Source: Candidatus Methylomirabilota bacterium (lineage in GTDB: Bacteria > Methylomirabilota > Methylomirabilia > Rokubacteriales > CSP1-6). Taken from it: 41,732 nt of DNA. Below, one piece after another: positions 18,699 to 27,940 of this stretch. The notes beneath the pieces were generated by a model. The model had not been told where the DNA came from. It did no database searches and saw only the letters and a program-made list of their open reading frames with translations. The stretch's first letter is position 1. Each line of letters begins with the position of its first letter. The stretch spans positions 1 through 41,732 of the forward strand of contig JBKPAK010000129.1 of NCBI GenBank assembly GCA_046726415.1. The letters are read 5' to 3'. The translations under genes were made by a program, and so were the position numbers.

Positions 18699-20012
18699 AT
18701 GGATCTGACGGCGTCATTGCGCGAGCGCATCGTGGGGGGCACGGCCCGGGTGAGTGTGATGGGACTGGGCTATGTGGGCCTCACCGAGGCCATGGAGCTG
18801 GCCCGAGCAGGATTCCCCGTCACCGGTTTCGACATCGACCGCGACCGCGTCGATGCCGTGCAGGAAGGACGCTCCTACCTTGTCGATATCTCCGACGAGG
18901 AGCTGGCCGCAGTCGTGCGATCGGGCCAGCTGACCGCCACCGACGACTTCGAAAGGTTGGGGGATCAGGATGTTTTGCTGATCTGCGTGCCGACACCTCT
19001 GAGCAAGAGCAAGGCGCCAGATCTGTCGTACATCATCGGCGCAGTGGATTCCATCCGACCGCGCTTGCGGCGCGGTCAGCTTGTCGTCCTGGAAAGCACC
19101 ACCTATCCCGGCACGACGACCGAAGTCGTGCTCCCTGCGCTGGAATCGACTGGACTGCGGGCGGGCATCGACTTCCACCTCTGCTTCTCCCCCGAGCGCA
19201 TCAATCCGGGTGACAAGGTCCATTCCCCCGCAACGATCCCCCGGGTGGTGGGTGGCGTGACCCCGGAATGCGCGGACCTGGCCAGCCACCTCTATCGGCG
19301 GATCGCTCCAGATGTGGTGACGGTCTCCCGGCCCGAGTCCGCCGAGATGGTGAAGCTCCTCGAGAACACGTTCCGGGCGGTCAATATCGGTCTCGTCAAC
19401 GAGTTGGCTCTCATGTGCCGCTCGCTCGCCATCGACGTGTGGGAGGTCATCGACGCGGCGGCCACCAAGCCCTTCGGCTTCATGCCGTTCTATCCCGGCC
19501 CCGGCCTGGGAGGTCACTGCATTCCCATCGATCCTCTCTACCTGTCGTGGAAGGCGCGGCTCAGCGGCTTCGATCCGCGCTTCATCGATCTCGCCCACCA
19601 TGTCAACAGCAGCATGCCTCGCGTCGTGGTCTCCGTGGCCACCGACGCGCTGAACGATCGCGGCAAGAGCCTGAAGGGCTCGCGCATCCTCGTCCTCGGC
19701 GTGAGCTACAAGAGGGACGTCAACGACGCGCGGGAGTCACCGGCCCTCGAGATTATCCACGAGTTGGACCGCCGTCACGCCCTCGTGGACTACCACGATC
19801 CGTATGTGCCGCGCCTGACTGCGGCCGGGCGGGCCATGGCGTCAGTCCCCCTCGACGACCAGCGTCTCGCCCAGGCTGACTGCGTGATCATCGCCACCGA
19901 CCACACCGGCATCGACTACAAGCGGGTGGTCGACCTCGCCCGGCTGGTGGTGGATACCCGGAACGTCACCCGCGGGGTGGCGCCCTATCGAAACACTATC
20001 GTGAGGCTGTGA
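18699..20012 (+). CDS. Nucleotide-sugar dehydrogenase (UDP-GlcNAc 6-dehydrogenase, WbpA/WecC-like)
   Basis: GLGYVG, ICVPTP, LESTTYPGTT, SPERINPG, GPGLGGHCIPIDP. Confidence 0.93.
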   Translation: MDLTASLRERIVGGTARVSVMGLGYVGLTEAMELARAGFPVTGFDIDRDRVDAVQEGRSYLVDISDEELAAVVRSGQLTATDDFERLGDQDVLLICVPTPLSKSKAPDLSYIIGAVDSIRPRLRRGQLVVLESTTYPGTTTEVVLPALESTGLRAGIDFHLCFSPERINPGDKVHSPATIPRVVGGVTPECADLASHLYRRIAPDVVTVSRPESAEMVKLLENTFRAVNIGLVNELALMCRSLAIDVWEVIDAAATKPFGFMPFYPGPGLGGHCIPIDPLYLSWKARLSGFDPRFIDLAHHVNSSMPRVVVSVATDALNDRGKSLKGSRILVLGVSYKRDVNDARESPALEIIHELDRRHALVDYHDPYVPRLTAAGRAMASVPLDDQRLAQADCVIIATDHTGIDYKRVVDLARLVVDTRNVTRGVAPYRNTIVRL

Positions 20013-20019
20013 GCATCGA

Positions 20020-20478
20020 ATGTCCGACTCCAGGAGGATAGGCGAGAGCGCAGCGCTCCGGCCCCGGGCGACCCGTGCCCGGCGCCGGGCGACGGCCAAG
20101 AAGGTGCTGGTCGTCAACGACCACGTCGAGGTGCGAAGCGTGGTCACCGAGTTCCTGCGGCAGCGCGGGTTCATCGCCATCCCCGTGCGCGATGCCGACA
20201 GCGCGCGGGTCATCTGCGAGCGTGTCGCCCTCGACCTCGTCCTTCTGCACGTGGTGCAGTTGCAGTTGGAGCAGCCGGAGACCAGCTTGATCCGGCAGGT
20301 CAAGCTGCTGCATCCCGCCACCCCCATCGTGGTGATCTCCGCCGTCGTGACTCCGGAGATGGAGCAGGAATGTCGGACCCTGGGCAGCGACGGGGTGCTG
20401 AAAAAACCGCTCGTCCTCCGGCGGCTCGATCGGGTGATCGGCCGCCTGCTGCGGACCAGCGGGGGCACGCCCTCCTAG
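20020..20478 (+). CDS. Atypical single-domain response regulator (pseudo-receiver)
   Basis: Receiver pattern VLVVND...DLVLLH...IVVISA...LKKP; phosphoacceptor position is His. Confidence 0.75.
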   Translation: MSDSRRIGESAALRPRATRARRRATAKKVLVVNDHVEVRSVVTEFLRQRGFIAIPVRDADSARVICERVALDLVLLHVVQLQLEQPETSLIRQVKLLHPATPIVVISAVVTPEMEQECRTLGSDGVLKKPLVLRRLDRVIGRLLRTSGGTPS

Positions 20479-20987
20479 AACAGAGGGGCGCCCCGCTCTC
20501 GGCCTCCCGCACGCCGCGCTCCGGGCGCCTCGGCACACCCGTGCGCCCCTCGGATTTGCCCATCAGCCGAGGGCGTAACGGGACCGACGGGCAGCCGATG
20601 CGGATTTCGCAACTGGACGTGCTGTGCCGAACGCGCGGGGCCCACAAGCTCCCCGACCACGGCGACGAGATCGTCGATGGAGAACGGCTTCTGGAACGTT
20701 CGGACTGCCCCCAATCGTTCGGCCGCCTCGAGATTCGCCGCGCCGCTCCCCGAGATGGCGATGATCTTCACTCCAGGCTCGGCGCGAAGCCGCGCGATGA
20801 CCTCAAGCCCCGAGAGCCCGGAGACCTGGAGATCGGTGATGATGAGCGTGGGGCGATGAGGCTCGCAGAGCGCGAGGCCCAGGGCGCCATCCGCGGCGAT
20901 AAGCACCTCGTAGCCGGACTCTGTCAGGATCTCCGCGAGAAGCTCGCGAATCTCGGTGTCATCCTCGATGACGAGGATCTTGGCCAT
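20475..20987 (-). CDS. Single-domain response regulator (receiver)
   Basis: KILVIEDD, LIITDL, IAISG, QKPF all canonical; purine-rich RBS before ATG at 20987. Confidence 0.88.
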   Translation of the reverse strand: MAKILVIEDDTEIRELLAEILTESGYEVLIAADGALGLALCEPHRPTLIITDLQVSGLSGLEVIARLRAEPGVKIIAISGSGAANLEAAERLGAVRTFQKPFSIDDLVAVVGELVGPARSAQHVQLRNPHRLPVGPVTPSADGQIRGAHGCAEAPGARRAGGRERGAPLF

Positions 20988-21466
20988 GCCCTCTTCCCCC
21001 TCGGCGGACCAGAAAGTGTCGTGAGGCAAGGCCCGTGGTCGTTCCAGCACTAGCTCGCTCATCGTTGGTCACCGATCCGCTTGTAGATGAGAGGCCCGCC
21101 ACTCCCGCTGGCGTCTCTGAGCCCCGGACATTACCTGAGCGCATAACCGGCGCCAGCGGTGACAAGGGGGAGGAGTGTCACCAGTCCTGGCGCCGGCGGG
21201 GGATCAGAACCCCCCGATCGCACACGCCGGTCCGCGCTCGCAGGTCGATACAGGGCCCCGGATCGGCCAAACAACGGGGGACTGGCCAATCATAGCGAGC
21301 CAGGTTCTACCTGATATCGACGGGGAGACGGCACCGGCTATTCGCTTCTCGATGTCGCCGTCCCCTGCATGGAGCAATTCTCAAGCTCGCCAAGCCTGCT
21401 GTTCTCACAGCCGAGCAGCCGACCGGCTTCAGAGCGGACGGTGGTGGCTGTAACTCGCTGATTTGG

Positions 21467-21513
21467 ATGGTGGACGATGCTGGACTCGAACCAGCGACCT
21501 CTGCCATGTGAGG
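21467..21513 (-). repeat. att site: duplicated 3' half of tRNA-Val
   Basis: 47-bp exact match to 28632-28678; includes anticodon loop to CCA end. Confidence 0.95.
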
Positions 21514-21657
21514 ACGCCTTACGTCCTGGAATCACTCGGGAATTCGCTGGGTTTCCGCTGGGTTTTCTACGTCGTCCGATTGGCTCGTGCTCCCTCCCCC
21601 TGGAGTATCCTCGGCCTGATGGGCTCACGGGCGGGCACATAAAAGGGAAGGACGGCT

Positions 21658-21885
21658 ATGGCAGGACAAACCGATCAGTTACGTTTCACGCAGATCGCGG
21701 CAAGCGGCGATCGTCTTTACGGCCTCACGTCAGACGGGCTGGTCTGGTACTACGAGCAGGGGGATGCTGGCTGGAAGCCGATCCCGATGGAGGCCTTTGA
21801 CATCGCGCATGCACGAGCTAGCGACGAGCTCCGCAAACTCCAGGAAGGCTGGGCGGCCGCAGCTGATAAGCCACGCAAAAGGTAG
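21658..21885 (+). CDS. Small hypothetical protein, F-x-Q-I family copy 1
   Basis: GGGAAGGA RBS; RFTQIAASGDRLYGLTSDGLVWYY...W; paralog at 25679. Confidence 0.75.
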   Translation: MAGQTDQLRFTQIAASGDRLYGLTSDGLVWYYEQGDAGWKPIPMEAFDIAHARASDELRKLQEGWAAAADKPRKR

Positions 21886-21997
21886 ACTGATGCTCGCGGG
21901 CTAGGCGCCGACTTGCTACCAGGTGCCGGACGGAGCGTTTTCCTCGGCGCTCCTGCCCGCGATTACCTTCCGAGGGGGCTCGACGAGGAGGAGCCGC

Positions 21998-22714
21998 ATG
22001 GCAAAGAAGGTTAGAGGGGAGTCCCACCCGAAGCCGAAACGCGCGAGCTGGCCTGCGTCTCGCGATGAAGAGACTCCGGAGGACCGCGCCCACCTTGACG
22101 CCAAGCTCGCCCACCAGTTCGCGGAGTTCGCACGCCTCGATGCCAAAGCGGCGCCGCTCATTGTTGAGGCGGAACGCGTCGTGGAGGATATGACCCTCTG
22201 CGCCACATCCTCGGCCCCCGCGGCCGCTCGTCGGGCGGCCGCTCGTCGGCTCGGGTGGTATGTTCCAGTCCGACTCTTGCCCGAGGAGAGGCAAGCACTA
22301 GGACTCATCGCGCAGCGAATGCGGACGGACCCTAACGGGTTTCCCCGCGATCTGATCGCCTCGATGATCTATCTCATCGCCGGAGAGGCTTTCCCAGGGG
22401 GGATAACCTTCGGCCAATCCCTGGTCAGGCTCCAGAAGCACACGCCTCGCGAGATTCGCAAGTCGTTGGGGGCTGAGGTGCGTCGCTCTGGACGACAGAT
22501 GCCGCTCCGGGACGACGACCACGCCCACCACGCCCCGACCGCGGACGAAGCCCTAGTCATGGCCATAGCGGAGCAGCAGGTCAAGACACTACCCCTCGCA
22601 GATCTCCTGTCGGCTTTAGGTCTCCCTCTCGCGGCTCTCACGTCCGCCGAGCGCCAGTACTTGGAGGCCGTGAGGAAAGACCCGGAAGCGACCGATGCCG
22701 TTCCACGTAGATAG
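21998..22714 (+). CDS. Hypothetical protein
   Basis: GAGGAGGAG RBS before ATG 21998; protein-like composition; no family recognised. Confidence 0.55.
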   Translation: MAKKVRGESHPKPKRASWPASRDEETPEDRAHLDAKLAHQFAEFARLDAKAAPLIVEAERVVEDMTLCATSSAPAAARRAAARRLGWYVPVRLLPEERQALGLIAQRMRTDPNGFPRDLIASMIYLIAGEAFPGGITFGQSLVRLQKHTPREIRKSLGAEVRRSGRQMPLRDDDHAHHAPTADEALVMAIAEQQVKTLPLADLLSALGLPLAALTSAERQYLEAVRKDPEATDAVPRR

Positions 22715-22845
22715 CCGCCACCTCACCTTCCGAATCCGGGATGACTCTGTAACAAACCCATCCCTGGCGGGCGCCTTATAGAGGGGTACTCGTAACCCGG
22801 TGCCCGCGCGCCGAACATCAGCCCTTCAGAAGGAGAGGCGGCTGC

Positions 22846-23049
22846 ATGGCGATCTACCTCACGCTTCAGGAAGGACCGACGCCGAACGAGTCCCGCGTGC
22901 TCCTGGCGTCGAGCGACCCGCTGCTCATCGACCTCGTGCGCCGGGAGCTGTCGAGCCGACTGGCGGCCGGGTGCGGAGACTTCGCACCCGAGTTGCCCCC
23001 GAGGCGGGCGGGTGATCCCGCCCGATGGCCACGTGATGCGCGATCCTGA
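22846..23049 (+). CDS. Small hypothetical protein
   Basis: GAAGGAG RBS; MAIYLTLQEGPTP... Confidence 0.55.
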   Translation: MAIYLTLQEGPTPNESRVLLASSDPLLIDLVRRELSSRLAAGCGDFAPELPPRRAGDPARWPRDARS

Positions 23050-23397
23050 CGCCGCCACGGCCTATACCAACGGGCTCCGCGCCGTGCAACCCACACTGTT
23101 CGACCTGTCAGCGTGCGTTTCAGACCGGAAACGCACGCCAGAGCACGACGAGGCGGAACCGAAGATCGATGTGGCGGAGATCGTCCACCTCCACGAGGCG
23201 AGGCCTCCCCGCTCCGCCCGCCGCAAGTACGCGCGATGGGAATTGGCGTGGGTCAGGGCCTGGCACATATCCATCCACGGTCTCCGAGGCTGAGTTCGTC
23301 TGCACGCACGATCCGGCGCGCGCCGATCGCGTGGTCTAGGCGATATCGACCTCGCGACCGCCGCCAACATCATCCGCGACGGGGAGCCCAACGCGTG

Positions 23398-24073
23398 ATG
23401 AAGGCCCCGACGCCGCAGGACCACCTCGAGTTCCTCCTATCGCCCACCTATGACTCAACCCGACTCGATCATCCCCAGCATCTTGCCGACCTGCGGAAGT
23501 CCGGGCTCACGGACGAGACGATCAAGCTGCAGAAGATCACCGACGTCCCGCCCCAGATGATCGGTCAGCTCCTCGGCTTCTGTCCGGCGCCCGTGCGGTC
23601 CGCGCTGCTGTTCCCCTACCCGGACCCTCGCGGCGGATTCATGCCACACATCCGCGTCAAGGTGTTCCCGACGATCAGCGAGGGTGCGAACGGGCACACG
23701 ATCAAGTACCTCCAGCCGCGGGGCTCCGCCATCCGCGTGTTTTTCCCGCTTGCCACGTTGCCCGCCGTACTCGATGGGGATGCGCCGCTGTTCGTCGTCA
23801 AAGGTGAGAAGAAAGCGCTCGCGGTCGCGCAGCAAGGGCTTCCCGTCGTCGGCATTGCCGGCGTCGAGGGATGGCATGCACGCGGCTCGCGCTCGCCGCT
23901 ACCGGACTTCCAGCCGATCAGGCTCATGGGTCGCCTTGTAGAAATCGTTCCTGACTCGGACTACCGCACGAATCGCGCTGTCACACAGGCGGTCAGCGGG
24001 CTGGCCACGGCTCTCGCCGTCCGAGGGGGCTCAGAGCCGTGTCGTGCTCCTGCCCGACGGGGTGCCGGCGTGA
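23398..24073 (+). pseudogene. DUF3854/Toprim-like primase-related gene, frameshifted
   Basis: HLADLRKSGL, KYLQP, VVKGEKKA, GIAGVEGW, VPDSDYRTN; removing one G from the G5 run 24025-24029 restores the ending GAQSRVVLLPDGVPA*. Confidence 0.75.
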
Positions 24074-24625
24074 GTCTCGGGACCGATACACACATCGTCG
24101 CCGGTGGAACATTGGAGGATCTCCCGCGGGTCGAACCACCGGCGCCACACTGCACCGACCTGGGGAATTCCGAGCGGTTCGTCCGCCAGCACGGGGTGGA
24201 CGTGCGCTACTGCTACCTCTGGAAAACGTACCTGGAGTGTCCCGTGCCCTACGAGCCGACCGCACGGTGGCCGCGATTCGAGGAGTTCCTGCTCACCATC
24301 TTCGCCAAGGACAAGGTGCTGATAGCCTGACTCCAGAAGCTGCTCGGCGCGGCCCTCGTTGGGCAGACACTCGAGCAGCTCCTCCTGATTTTCTGGGGCA
24401 CCGGCGCAAACGGTAAGACGACGCTGCTCAGGGTGTTGAGCCGTGTGCTCGGCGATGACTATGTGCGCCACGCCGCGATGGCCACCTTCCTCGCCAAGCA
24501 CCAGGAGACGGCATCCCGAACGACCTGGCCGCACTCGCCGGTGCGCGCCTGGTCATCGCCAATGAGAGTGAGAACGGCCGGCGGCTCGATGAAGCCACCG
24601 TCAAGCACCTGACCGGCGGAGACCT
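24070..24625 (+). pseudogene. P4/D5-family primase-helicase (SF3) remnant
   Basis: TDLGNSERF, WPRFEEFL, in-frame TGA 24328-24330, Walker A GTGANGKTT, frameshift near 24507, then PNDLAALAGARLVIANE...KHLTGGD, truncated. Confidence 0.85.
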
Positions 24626-24664
24626 ACCGACCCACCGACGACGCCACCGTCTGAGGTTTACATC

Positions 24665-25087
24665 GTGGCAGCCCGGCGTGCCGGCAAATCTCGTTTCGCG
24701 GGTGCGTTGGCGGTGCGTTCTGGAATTCGTCGCTACAAGTTGGCGCCCGGGGAGCGGGCCACCGTGGCGATCGCTGCCGCCGACAGGGACCAAGCGAGGG
24801 TGTTACTGGGGTACGCCGTCGCGCCGTTCGAAGAGCGCGAGGAGTTACGCAGCAGGGTTCAGAAACGCTCGGTGCTGGAGCCGCAGAGCGCGGACCTACG
24901 AGGCAGGCGCTTCATCGCCCCGGAAGTGTACCATCGCGGCCATGCAGACGACGCGGTCGCGTGTGAGTGGTGCAGGAGGCCGATCAAGGAAGGTGAAGCC
25001 AGGCTTCGCTTCTTTGCCATCGCGTATCACCTTGGCTGCGGGGACGCCTCGGTGGAAGCCTTGATGCCGCCACGGCGGCAGGAGTAA
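24665..25087 (+). pseudogene. Chimeric ORF: terminase-large-subunit-like ATPase fragment joined to a small Cys/His motif
   Basis: RRAGKSR...LAPGERATVAIAAADRDQARVLLGY resembles terminase N-terminal ATPase; then CEWCRRPIKEGE...YHLGC. Confidence 0.6.
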
Positions 25088-25109
25088 AAGCAGTGGAGCT
25101 GCGATAGGC

Positions 25110-25139
25110 TTGACAACTAATATAGCTGGAGGCTATATT
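25110..25139 (+). promoter_or_regulatory. sigma70 promoter TTGACA-N18-TATATT with 8-5-8 palindromic operator
   Basis: TTGACA 25110-25115, TATATT 25134-25139; AATATAGC-tggag-GCTATATT 25119-25139. Confidence 0.8.
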
Positions 25140-25341
25140 GGCCCCGAAGAGGCTGAGTAGGGTGATTCGCGTGTTGCGAGAGGAACGAGGCATGACGCAG
25201 GTGGAGCTGGCCAGGAAAGCCAGAATTACACAGCCGTACCTAACCCAGATCGAGCAGGGGGCGCGAAAAAACCCATCCCTGGATGTCCTGAAGCGCCTCG
25301 CCCGCGCCCTCGGCGTGCCGGTGACGGAGCTGCTGGAGTGA
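25138..25341 (+). CDS. XRE-family HTH transcriptional regulator
   Basis: LREERGMTQVELARKARITQPYLTQIEQGARKNPSLDVLKRLARALGV; start may be GTG 25162. Confidence 0.92.
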   Translation: MAPKRLSRVIRVLREERGMTQVELARKARITQPYLTQIEQGARKNPSLDVLKRLARALGVPVTELLE

Positions 25342-25347
25342 CGAGCC

Positions 25348-25611
25348 ATGAACGCTAACAAGTTTCATGACCAGGCCCTCGCAGCACTCGATTCCCGAAG
25401 TGGCAAGTGGCACTGCGTGTCGTGCTGGGCTCAGGCTGCTGTCCTGACGTCGCCTGAGGATCAGCAGCGTCTGGGCGCTCTCGCGCGTTCGTTTCTTGAC
25501 AGCACCGACGCCGAAGCGAAGCGCGGAGGTACCTGCGACGCCGGGCAGCATCAAACCGGGGGCCTTCTAGTACGAGCGGCAGCTCGCCGGCCCGCCGCGG
25601 AGCGTCGGTAG
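25348..25611 (+). CDS. Hypothetical protein with CxxC and CxxxxH, possibly metal-binding
   Basis: ATG 6 bp after XRE stop; HCVSCW and TCDAGQH. Confidence 0.6.
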   Translation: MNANKFHDQALAALDSRSGKWHCVSCWAQAAVLTSPEDQQRLGALARSFLDSTDAEAKRGGTCDAGQHQTGGLLVRAAARRPAAERR

Positions 25612-25678
25612 AAGACGCCCCCCAGGTGGGCGAACACAGGGCTACTCGGGGAGTGAGTGAAGGGAGAGAGAGTTTGAA

Positions 25679-25840
25679 ATGGCAGATCCAAGCAAGTTCG
25701 TTCAGATCACCGCAGTCCCTAGGCCTCCTGGCGGCGGGGCTGGGGATCTCACCATTTTCGCACTCGACGCACAGGGCTTTGTCTGGCGCCTCGATCCGCC
25801 GAATGCGACCTGGCAGCTTCTTGCGAGCGAGCGTGGGTAA
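25679..25840 (+). CDS. Small hypothetical protein, F-x-Q-I family copy 2 (53 aa, absent from ORF track)
   Basis: Hand translation MADPSKFVQITAVPRPPGGGAGDLTIFALDAQGFVWRLDPPNATWQLLASERG*; purine-rich RBS. Confidence 0.75.
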   Translation: MADPSKFVQITAVPRPPGGGAGDLTIFALDAQGFVWRLDPPNATWQLLASERG

Positions 25841-26543
25841 GTGACAAGACGCCCCCGCGCGTGCTGGTAACACGCCGGAGGCTGTGGCCCATCACCCTTA
25901 CCCCAGGAGGCAGAGAGGATGGAAGGTCGTGAGTCTGACGCCGAGGGCGCGGACGGGAAGTGGGGCGAAGCGGGTGAGGTTGCTCGGATGAGGATGACAG
26001 CATGGCGGATCAGCGGCCAACCTACTGGGGGGCGCTACTGGCGTGTCTGCGCGAGGGCTCCACGACGATCTTGACGTGGCTGAGGAACCTAATCGGGGGA
26101 CGCTGATGACCTCGGAGATCATCGGCATGAGCAACAGGACCTATCCATCCCGAACACCCGGTAGTGGGTGGGTCAGTTTGAGGGCTTCCTGCCCACGATC
26201 CGCTGGGCCAGCGTGCGGCGGGCCAGATCGAGCGTCATCGCGTGGGTCGCCAGGAGGTGGCACAGCATCGCGTCCACGTCCCGCGCGTCGTAGCCGCATG
26301 GGATCTGCGGCCGGCCATCCGGGCCGGTCCAGCGATGGCGAGTCGGGCCGTAGGATTGGGGCTCGGCGAGGAAGGGGCCGGTGGGTCGGTTGCACAACAT
26401 CATGCGAGGTTCTTGAGCGCTGCCTGCGCGGCCCACTTCGTCAGGGGAGGGGTGACCATCGGAAGAAGTGTACCAAGGCGGCCGGTGGCCGCCGAGGGCG
26501 GGGACGTGAGGGCCCGGCAGGGCGCAGAAAGGCCGAATGGTGC

Positions 26544-26996
26544 TCAGGACGGGAAGCGGAAGCGGTGAACGAAACGCTGACCGCATCTCCCACACTCGCA
26601 GTCCTCGGTTCTATCTCCCTCCGCGACAACGACCGTGTTCTTCTGAGTTCGGCACGTCGGGCATTGCCTCGAGCCCACCTCGAGGCGGTGCTCTTCCTCC
26701 TGGAAGCCGGGACCAGCGTTACTCCACTGGATGACCGTGTTCGATATGGATCGGCCTTTGTCCATTCGGTTCGCGACTTGGTAGTGGTCGAGCCAGGCTT
26801 TGATCCCGGTCGGATGGGGGATGTCATCGAAGAACCGCTTGCTGACGTCCAGGTCATAGTGGCGAGCTCGACGCCGAACAGTGAACTTGACGGTACGGCC
26901 CATGACGGCCCGCTCGACGAGACCCCCTTCGAAGTGCTCTCGCAGGTACTCCTCGACAACATCCACCAGGTCCGGATCGGGTTGCCACGTCGCCAT
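26544..26996 (-). CDS. Hypothetical protein with C-terminal zinc ribbon
   Basis: GGAGGG RBS; CPTC...CECGRC. Confidence 0.7.
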   Translation of the reverse strand: MATWQPDPDLVDVVEEYLREHFEGGLVERAVMGRTVKFTVRRRARHYDLDVSKRFFDDIPHPTGIKAWLDHYQVANRMDKGRSISNTVIQWSNAGPGFQEEEHRLEVGSRQCPTCRTQKNTVVVAEGDRTEDCECGRCGQRFVHRFRFPS

Positions 26997-27183
26997 CGTT
27001 CCCTCCGTGCCGGGTTCAGGTCTCGGTAGTAGGTGTTCACCTGGAGGGTGACCTTGGCGTCGTACGAGGGCGGATTGGGGGGGCGCTCATACTTCGAACT
27101 ATGCATCAGCGATCGGCTTCTAGCCAGAAGGGCGAGGGACTGGGACGAGGGGGAATTGGGGTGAGCGAGAGCGAAGGCCCCCC

Positions 27184-27354
27184 GTGACGGTGGAGACGAA
27201 GCAGGTCTACGTCCCGATGGAGGAGTGGAACATCGACGAAGCACGGAAGCGGCACGAGGCCGCGTGGCTCCGCGAGGGGTGGCGGCGGGCTCACGTGGTG
27301 TCGGTGCCGGGGAAGCCCATGTACCTTATTACGCTGGAGCGCGACGAAGGCTGA
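27184..27354 (+). CDS. Small hypothetical protein, DUF4177-like (56 aa, absent from ORF track)
   Basis: Hand translation (M)TVETKQVYVPMEEWNIDEARKRHEAAWLREGWRRAHVVSVPGKPMYLITLERDEG*. Confidence 0.5.
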   Translation: MTVETKQVYVPMEEWNIDEARKRHEAAWLREGWRRAHVVSVPGKPMYLITLERDEG

Positions 27355-27482
27355 GAGGGAGACCGTTGATCATCGCCGCCATCTCTATCGACCCGTTGGC
27401 CTCTTCGTCGAGAACGCCAGCTCGGGCTGGTCGCTGGCGCGTAGACGTCCGGAAGAGCACCGAGCGTGAAAGGAAGACAAGA

Positions 27483-27858
27483 ATGACTCCTCCGGAGCAC
27501 CCCTTTCTAGGGCCCTCGGCGGCGGTGGGACGAGATCTTTCCAGACATCCGTACGTTTCAGGTCGTGGTCACGGATCGCTCTGACCCCTACCGCCAGGAG
27601 TCACGGACGTACAGCTTGGGGACCGATATGCCAGGCACTCGTTTCGAGTGTACGAATTCGCATTGCAAGAACGGCGGAATCGACGTCATCGAGGTAACCC
27701 AGGTCCTCGATCGCATGGTGCGGACGCGGGAGCCGGAAGAAACGCTTGATACCTACTGCAAAGAGCGCGTTGGGCGCCGTGGATCGTCCGATCTCTGTGC
27801 GCGCACGTACTCCGTCAAGTACAAAGATCCGCCAGCAGGTGGGGACAACGCCGCCTAG
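27483..27858 (+). pseudogene. Cys-rich hypothetical gene, probably frameshifted near 5' end
   Basis: RBS+ATG at 27483 is one base out of frame with DEIFPDIRTFQVVVTD...CTNSHCKNGG...C...C. Confidence 0.45.
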
Positions 27859-27940
27859 CCCCGGGTTAAGGGAAACGGATGGCGGAGATGTTACGCGGAC
27901 GCAGGAAGGGCTGGGGCGACATGATAGGAGGGCAATTCTG

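Noticed and set aside
21467-21513. Second tRNA-Val gene
   Set aside because: Only the 3' half is present; no D-arm or 5' acceptor strand, so it is an att duplicate
24328-24330. Programmed readthrough or selenocysteine at the in-frame TGA of the helicase
   Set aside because: The gene also has a deletion, a frameshift and truncation; a nonsense mutation is simpler
26173-26404. DivIVA-like motif GYDARDVDAML in a small minus-strand ORF
   Set aside because: Match too short and coding evidence weak
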